Shown piece by piece: positions 55,367 to 64,000 of a stretch of DNA of 64,000 bases (its first letter is position 1; each line of letters begins with the position of its first letter). The translations under genes were made by a program, and so were the position numbers. Below the pieces are notes generated by a model. The model was not told the DNA's origin. It made no database searches and saw only the letters and a list, made by a program, of their open reading frames with translations. This stretch comes from Eledone cirrhosa. Taxonomy: Eukaryota. The DNA lies in assembly GCA_964016885.1 (NCBI GenBank), contig OZ024745.1, positions 95,232,001 to 95,296,000 on the forward strand. The letters are read 5' to 3'.

Positions 55367-56182
55367 ATGCTTTGGGAAGGTCATGTTGCCAATAAGAAAC
55401 ACACGCACCAGTTCCTTTCACTCCAATTTATTATAAATAAATTTATAAATTTAAGAACTTATAAATTTCCGGTTGGTTGGTTCCACAACCAGACGATTGT
55501 TCATATATTGTCAAAGTTCTTTCGTCACACATTCTGAGACCTCTTCAGTGACTTAGGATTCTTCTCTTTGTTTTTGTGCCTCTCCTTTGTTCTGTCCTAC
55601 GCCATCTTGTGTTTGTGTGTGCTGTGTGCTCAGTCTGCGCATGTGTCACATGCGGGTGTCTGCGTGTGTCTACCTTTGTCTATCCATCTGTTTATCTACA
55701 TGTTACTGGCCGGCTGTTTGCTCCACGTGTGTGTGTTCTCCCATCCTGTCCCCAATTGCAAGTTGTGATGTTGCCATTCCATTCATGTCTTCTATTTAAT
55801 TTTGGTTGGAGCTCATCTATGTCCATTGCCTCTGTGATCTGTCCAAACACTGCGTCCCCTCCGTGTGTAGACTCCATTTTTACTTCCATGTTCTCCAATC
55901 TACCCCTATGCTCCATCTCAGCATGTTGGTGGAGCACAGATGATTCCCCACCATCTTGAAGCCCCCTCCAGTGTTCATCCATCCGTTCTCCCACACCACG
56001 AGCCGTCTCACCCATGCACACTACACTTCCATCTCTACACTGTCCCTCAGCACATCCCACGCCACATACTACATTTTCAGTGCTACAGCCAACATGAGGG
56101 CCCAGTTTACAGATCACACATTTCCCATCCACACAGAGGCAATGGACATAGATGAACTCCAACCAAAATTAAATAGAAGACC
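55361..56182 (-). mobile_element. 5'-truncated Penelope-like element (GIY-YIG plus pLTR), A-to-G hypermutated
   Basis: ORF 55692-56162 aligns without gaps to the GIY-YIG region at 37779-37931, but NVVY is NVVC and YIG is CMG. Short inverted copy at 56132-56181. Confidence 0.88.
55510..55552 (-). ncRNA. Hammerhead, family H-related, sense pLTR
   Basis: GTCA-CTGAAGA-G-GTCTCA(GAATG)TGTGAC-GAAA-GAAC-TT-TGAC. Confidence 0.68.
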
Positions 56183-56442
56183 ATAACGCACCAAAGTACT
56201 CAATACTTAGTGTAGTAGAGTGGGTAATATGAAAAAGTATGACCCCGACGGCAGAGCTCAAGCCGTTTCGACGGCTATTTCTGGACTGAAATAGCCGTCG
56301 AAACGGCTTGAGCTATATATATATATCCTCTGAAATTTATTTAGTTAAATTTGACGTTTTGTGAGTACACAGGAGCAATCCCTGAGTAGTAAGACTCAAA
56401 CTTGGTCATAATTTAGAATATATAAGTGTGTATGTGCGTGAG

Positions 56443-59650
<3,208 letters not shown>

Positions 59651-59683
59651 GTATATATGTGTATATATATATATATACAAATA

Positions 59684-59773
<90 letters not shown>

Positions 59774-59945
59774 GATATAGATAGGTAAATATACACGGGT
59801 GTGTATGATTGTGTATAGAAGATTATATTAATAAGAGGAATTCCAACTTTGTCTGATTTACTCGTTTTATTTACAATCCTTTAAAATATATATAATGGTA
59901 TTATAATGAAATAGTATGATAGAATATTAAATTCTAAGTGTTAAT

Positions 59946-59984
59946 TGAACAAGTACTTTCATGCTTTCGCAATCTTCAGGTTCA
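59946..59984 (-). ncRNA. Minimal hammerhead, family K, in the sense 3' pLTR
   Basis: TGAAC-CTGAAGA-T-TGC(GAAA)GCA-T-GAAA-GTAC-TT-GTTCA. Confidence 0.87.
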
Positions 59985-60359
59985 TGATATGTGGTGACAG
60001 TCGAGTTTGCAATTTTCAACTGTAATGAGATGGGTAAATTTCCTACCTTTTATACATTTTATACAGAGAAAAGTGGCTCCAGAATGCAAAGCCCTGTAAA
60101 CTGTATTTCGACCAATCAGTGTGTAGTTTCACTGAATTACTACAGCTGATTGGTTTAAGCGTCACGGCTGGTTGAGCATGCTAACGACCAATAGTCATAT
60201 CCAACGTATCAATTGTTTTGCTTTTTTGAAATGATGAAAATAGCATTTTCTATTAATCATCACCATCAACATCACTTTTATTATTATTATTATTGTTGTT
60301 GTTGTTGTTGTTAGTGGTCGTGGTCATAGTGGTAGTAGAAGTAATACCCCTAGGCGTTA

Positions 60360-62408
60360 TTATTGTTCATTTAGCTTGGGTTTGAATTTATCAATAAAAT
60401 TCTTTTCTTTGATTTTTCTCTTGATTTCATTTGGGCTGTGTAATTTGTAGAATGGGAATATTATAAATATTCCCTGACCACATGTTGCCAGGTGGCCGCT
60501 TAGGGGTATCTGACGGACATTTGGGTCTCTGATTTGTTGACGGTGTACCCGTGCACGTTCCGATAGTGCATTTCCAGTTTGACCGACATATAGTTCTTCA
60601 CAATTCGGGCATTTAATGCAGTAAATTAGATTTCTGCTTTTGCAGTTCATATTTGCATTTGTGAATATTTTTCCAGTTTTTGTTTTCATATATTGACCGG
60701 CGTGTATGGATTGACATGTGCCGCATCGATTATCATTGCATTTAGATACAGTGAATGATTGGTCTTTGTTGTTAAGGTCAAACTTTGCTTTTGTTAGCAA
60801 TTGCTTCAAATTTTTTGGCTGTCTTTTACTAAGAGTCAAAGATCGATCTGTGATTAAGCCTTTTAATTCATTACTTTGAGCAATGATCGGTAGGTTTGCT
60901 TTGGCAGTGTTGAAGATATTCTGGTGACATGGGTTGTGTGTCATTATAAATGGTATGACCAGTTCTTGGTTTCTTCTTCTTTGGGTTGTTCTAAGTTGTT
61001 GTATAGGTATTTTTATAGCCCGCTGTATGCCATTTTCTATAAGTAGAGATGGGTATTTTTGTTTGAGCAAAAATTCTCTTAGTTCTGTTAGGCGTTTGTA
61101 CCTGGTATTCGTATCTTCTACAATGGTACAAATTCTTCTGGCTAGGCAGTATGGGATGTTGCGTTTTGTATGAGGTGGATGGCACGACTTAAAATTCAGA
61201 TATTGATGGGTGTCTGTGGTAATGGTGGTGTCGTTTTTGATTATCATTATATCTAGGAATGGTAATTTGGTCCTACTCATCTCTTTTGTGAATTGGAGAG
61301 ATGGGTGTAGGTTATTCAGGAGGATATTGAACTCATCCAGAGTATCTAGAGATTCTGTCCAGATGATGAAACAGTCGTCAAGGTATCTCTTCCAAGATTT
61401 TTCAATGTACTTTCTAAAGTCAGTACTATATTTTTCCTCTATTTCTTGGTAGAGTTGTTGTTCTAAGTATCCCATTACAGAGTTCGCGTAAACGGGAGCA
61501 AACTTCGTTCCCATCGCTGTGCCTCTAATTTGGATGTAATTCTTTCCATTGAAGAAGAAAGTGTTGTTTTCCAGAATAAGTTTAACTGCGTCTAATATAA
61601 ATGGCGCTGTGAATCTAATGGGAATCACTTCTCTATGTTTTTCCACCCAGTATTTAACCGCCTTTATTCCTAAATCATGTGTAATGTTGGTGTAAAGGCT
61701 TACCACATCAAAACTGAGTAGAAGTGAATTCGTTTCCGTGGTTTTGGGAAGATGGGACAGGAAGTCGATATCATCCCGGATGAAACTGGGTATGTGAATA
61801 CATAGTGGTTTCAAAAAAATGTCAACAAAATTGCTTAGACGGTGAGTGGGGCATGTTGGACCAGCTATAATAGGTCTAAGTTTTAAGTCTTTTGGGTGTA
61901 ATAATTTAATGTACTCACTGTTTTGTTCTCTTACTGCCAGTTGTATTTCTTTTGACTTGTGAACTTTCGGTAGGCCATACAGGTTGCTGGGTTTCGGCTC
62001 AAAATTGGTGATGTAGTCTCTTTCCTTATCAGTAAATGAGTTGTGGTATTTTGAAGCCAGGTTGTTGATCTTCTTCATGATGTTGTGGTCTATATTTGAC
62101 GGTATTTCATGATAGAATGTTGTGTCTTTCAGTTGTTCCTCAACCAAATCCTTGTAGTATTCAGTATCCATTATAACAACTGCACCCCCTTTATCTGCTT
62201 GTTTAATTATTATTGTTTTATCATTTTGTATACGTTTAAGTGCAGACATTTCTGATTTGTTAATGTTTGGCCTAACATTAGTATTATGTCTAAGAGGAAA
62301 TTTAGACAGGATGTCAATGTATTGGTCGAGATAGATATTTCTTCCTTTTGGCGGAGTGAAATTTGATTTATTCTTTACTAGTGATTCATCACTCTCATTA
62401 TTTTTATT
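60360..62408 (-). CDS. Penelope-like element RT plus GIY-YIG endonuclease, open frame, 5'-truncated at an inversion junction
   Basis: ADKGGAVV, YGLPKVHK, LRPII, SFDVVSLYTNI, GTAMG, RYLDD, LPFLD, NLIY...YVGQT. The ~22 N-terminal residues of the called ORF derive from the inverted segment. Confidence 0.95.
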   Translation of the reverse strand, partial: NKNNESDESLVKNKSNFTPPKGRNIYLDQYIDILSKFPLRHNTNVRPNINKSEMSALKRIQNDKTIIIKQADKGGAVVIMDTEYYKDLVEEQLKDTTFYHEIPSNIDHNIMKKINNLASKYHNSFTDKERDYITNFEPKPSNLYGLPKVHKSKEIQLAVREQNSEYIKLLHPKDLKLRPIIAGPTCPTHRLSNFVDIFLKPLCIHIPSFIRDDIDFLSHLPKTTETNSLLLSFDVVSLYTNITHDLGIKAVKYWVEKHREVIPIRFTAPFILDAVKLILENNTFFFNGKNYIQIRGTAMGTKFAPVYANSVMGYLEQQLYQEIEEKYSTDFRKYIEKSWKRYLDDCFIIWTESLDTLDEFNILLNNLHPSLQFTKEMSRTKLPFLDIMIIKNDTTITTDTHQYLNFKSCHPPHTKRNIPYCLARRICTIVEDTNTRYKRLTELREFLLKQKYPSLLIENGIQRAIKIPIQQLRTTQRRRNQELVIPFIMTHNPCHQNIFNTAKANLPIIAQSNELKGLITDRSLTLSKRQPKNLKQLLTKAKFDLNNKDQSFTVSKCNDNRCGTCQSIHAGQYMKTKTGKIFTNANMNCKSRNLIYCIKCPNCEELYVGQTGNALSERARVHRQQIRDPNVRQIPLSGHLATCGQGIFIIFPFYKLHSPNEIKRKIKEKNFIDKFKPKLNEQ

Positions 62409-62409
62409 T

Positions 62410-63412
62410 CTGGAAAGCATACAGATGCGAAAAATATGTCGAAACACATTCGAAATGGCTCTCTCTAACGGCACCCATACTCCCTCGTAAATACCTAATT
62501 ACAGAAATTGCAGGAGAACCAGAAGAAGAAACAAAACTCCGATGGGAACTTACATTGACAAAATTCAGGACCGACATCTCCATTTCTGAATGTAAACAAT
62601 CCCGCTACAAAGCCAAATATGAAGCTATTGATGACCAAATTGAAGTTGAAATTTCAAAGCTAACGACTGGTATTATAGCTGAAAAACTACGAGAACTATG
62701 GATCGGAGATATCTCAAAAGAAGAAAACAAATCAAGAAAGGTATGGCAGCAGAAACAATTATTTCTCGATGAATATGCTGCAAAATACGGTAAAGACTCT
62801 GGAACCCTGAGAAAAAGCATTAAAAGTGGACAATCTCATCAACACAACATACGCCAGAACACGTGCCAACACAAACACTCACCTTACCTTGAATCAAAGA
62901 AGAACTACGGTAATAACTCTTCGCTTTTTCTACAAAAACACCCTATCGCACACAACATGAACAAAAAGCACAAACACGATAGGTATTCCTTTGACCAGAC
63001 CATGAGAAGTAGTAAAACCAGGAGATCATTCTCAAGATCTCAACAGAGACTACCAACAAGGAATGTGGAAACAAAACGTAGAATAACCAGATCACTCTCA
63101 AGATCTCAACAGAGATTGCCCACAAGAAACTGGACGAAAAAACGATCTAAACCTGAAAGCAAACCTAGGTCATTTTCCCAGATTGTTAAAAATAATGCTA
63201 ACAGGAAGAAAAATAATATACAGAATACCAAAAATAGGACAAAATACATAACGAAACCAAATATAATATCACGACCAAAAGTTCATCAAGCGAACACCAA
63301 CAGGAATATAAATCCTGAACAGAGAAAAATTCATTTTTTAACGTCAGGACAACAAAAACCGGAAAAAGAAAAACTCCAGGAGGAAACATACCCAAAACAG
63401 CTGTACACGTAG
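62410..63412 (+). CDS. Upstream basic, coiled-coil-like ORF of the inverted PLE copy (5' end truncated)
   Basis: >330 open codons in AT-rich DNA; charged helical N-half and K/R/S-rich C-half with an RS(F/L)SRSQQRLPTRN duplication; overlaps the RT frame. Confidence 0.7.
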
Positions 63413-64000
63413 ATCCTAAAATAATTAATTTATCTAAAAGAGATCTTGACAATGATGAAATGCAAATTCTGTCAAGGGGACTGAAATTCACACCGACTCC
63501 AACAGTCAACCACCAAGAACTGAAGGAGGATACCCAAGAATTCTGTCGAAAATTACGTCTTGTAGAATTCTTCGCTGATAAAAATAATGAGAGTGATGAA
63601 TCACTAGTAAAGAATAAATCAAATTTCACTCCGCCAAAAGGAAGAAATATCTATCTCGACCAATACATTGACATCCTGTCTAAATTTCCTCTTAGACATA
63701 ATACTAATGTTAGGCCAAACATTAACAAATCAGAAATGTCTGCACTTAAACGTATACAAAATGATAAAACAATAATAATTAAACAAGCAGATAAAGGGGG
63801 TGCAGTTGTTATAATGGATACTGAATACTACAAGGATTTGGTTGAGGAACAACTGAAAGACACAACATTCTATCATGAAATACCGTCAAATATAGAAGAT
63901 CAACAACCTGGCTTCAAAATACCACAACTCATTTACTGATAAGGAAAGAGACTACATCACCAATTTTGAGCCGAAACCCAGCAACCTGTATGGCCTACCG
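63340..64000 (+). mobile_element. PLE RT ORF N-terminus (inverted partner of 60360-62408), runs off the window
   Basis: KIINLS...ILSRGLKFTPTP, ADKGGAVV. 63580-64000 is the reverse complement of 61970-62408 except for a 17-bp deletion near 63896. Confidence 0.92.

Overview
AT-rich, microsatellite-saturated animal genomic DNA. The SINE and repeat style suggests a coleoid cephalopod such as Octopus (inference). The only host coding sequence I can support is one internal exon of a class A (peptide-type) GPCR at 16502-16923 (+), so the flanks are at least partly intron. The rest is transposon debris: Penelope-like elements (PLEs; RT plus C-terminal GIY-YIG), RTE, CR1-like and L1/Tx1-like LINEs, tRNA-derived SINEs, a Helitron, a hAT MITE and a Tc1/mariner remnant. 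The main hidden structure is about 30 type I hammerhead ribozyme (HHR) motifs in about 11 sequence families, read by eye. Most have a palindromic dimer-type stem III, several have non-canonical cores (U3:A8, U4C), and many sit in fold-back palindromes inserted in (TA)n tracts. Two other candidates stand out: a PLE copy with heavy A-to-G hypermutation resembling ADAR-hyperedited RNA that was retrotransposed (55.4-56.2 kb), and a two-ORF PLE with an in-frame U UUU UUA slippery site suggesting -1 ribosomal frameshifting (63.3 kb). All alignments and folds were done by hand; none is computationally verified.
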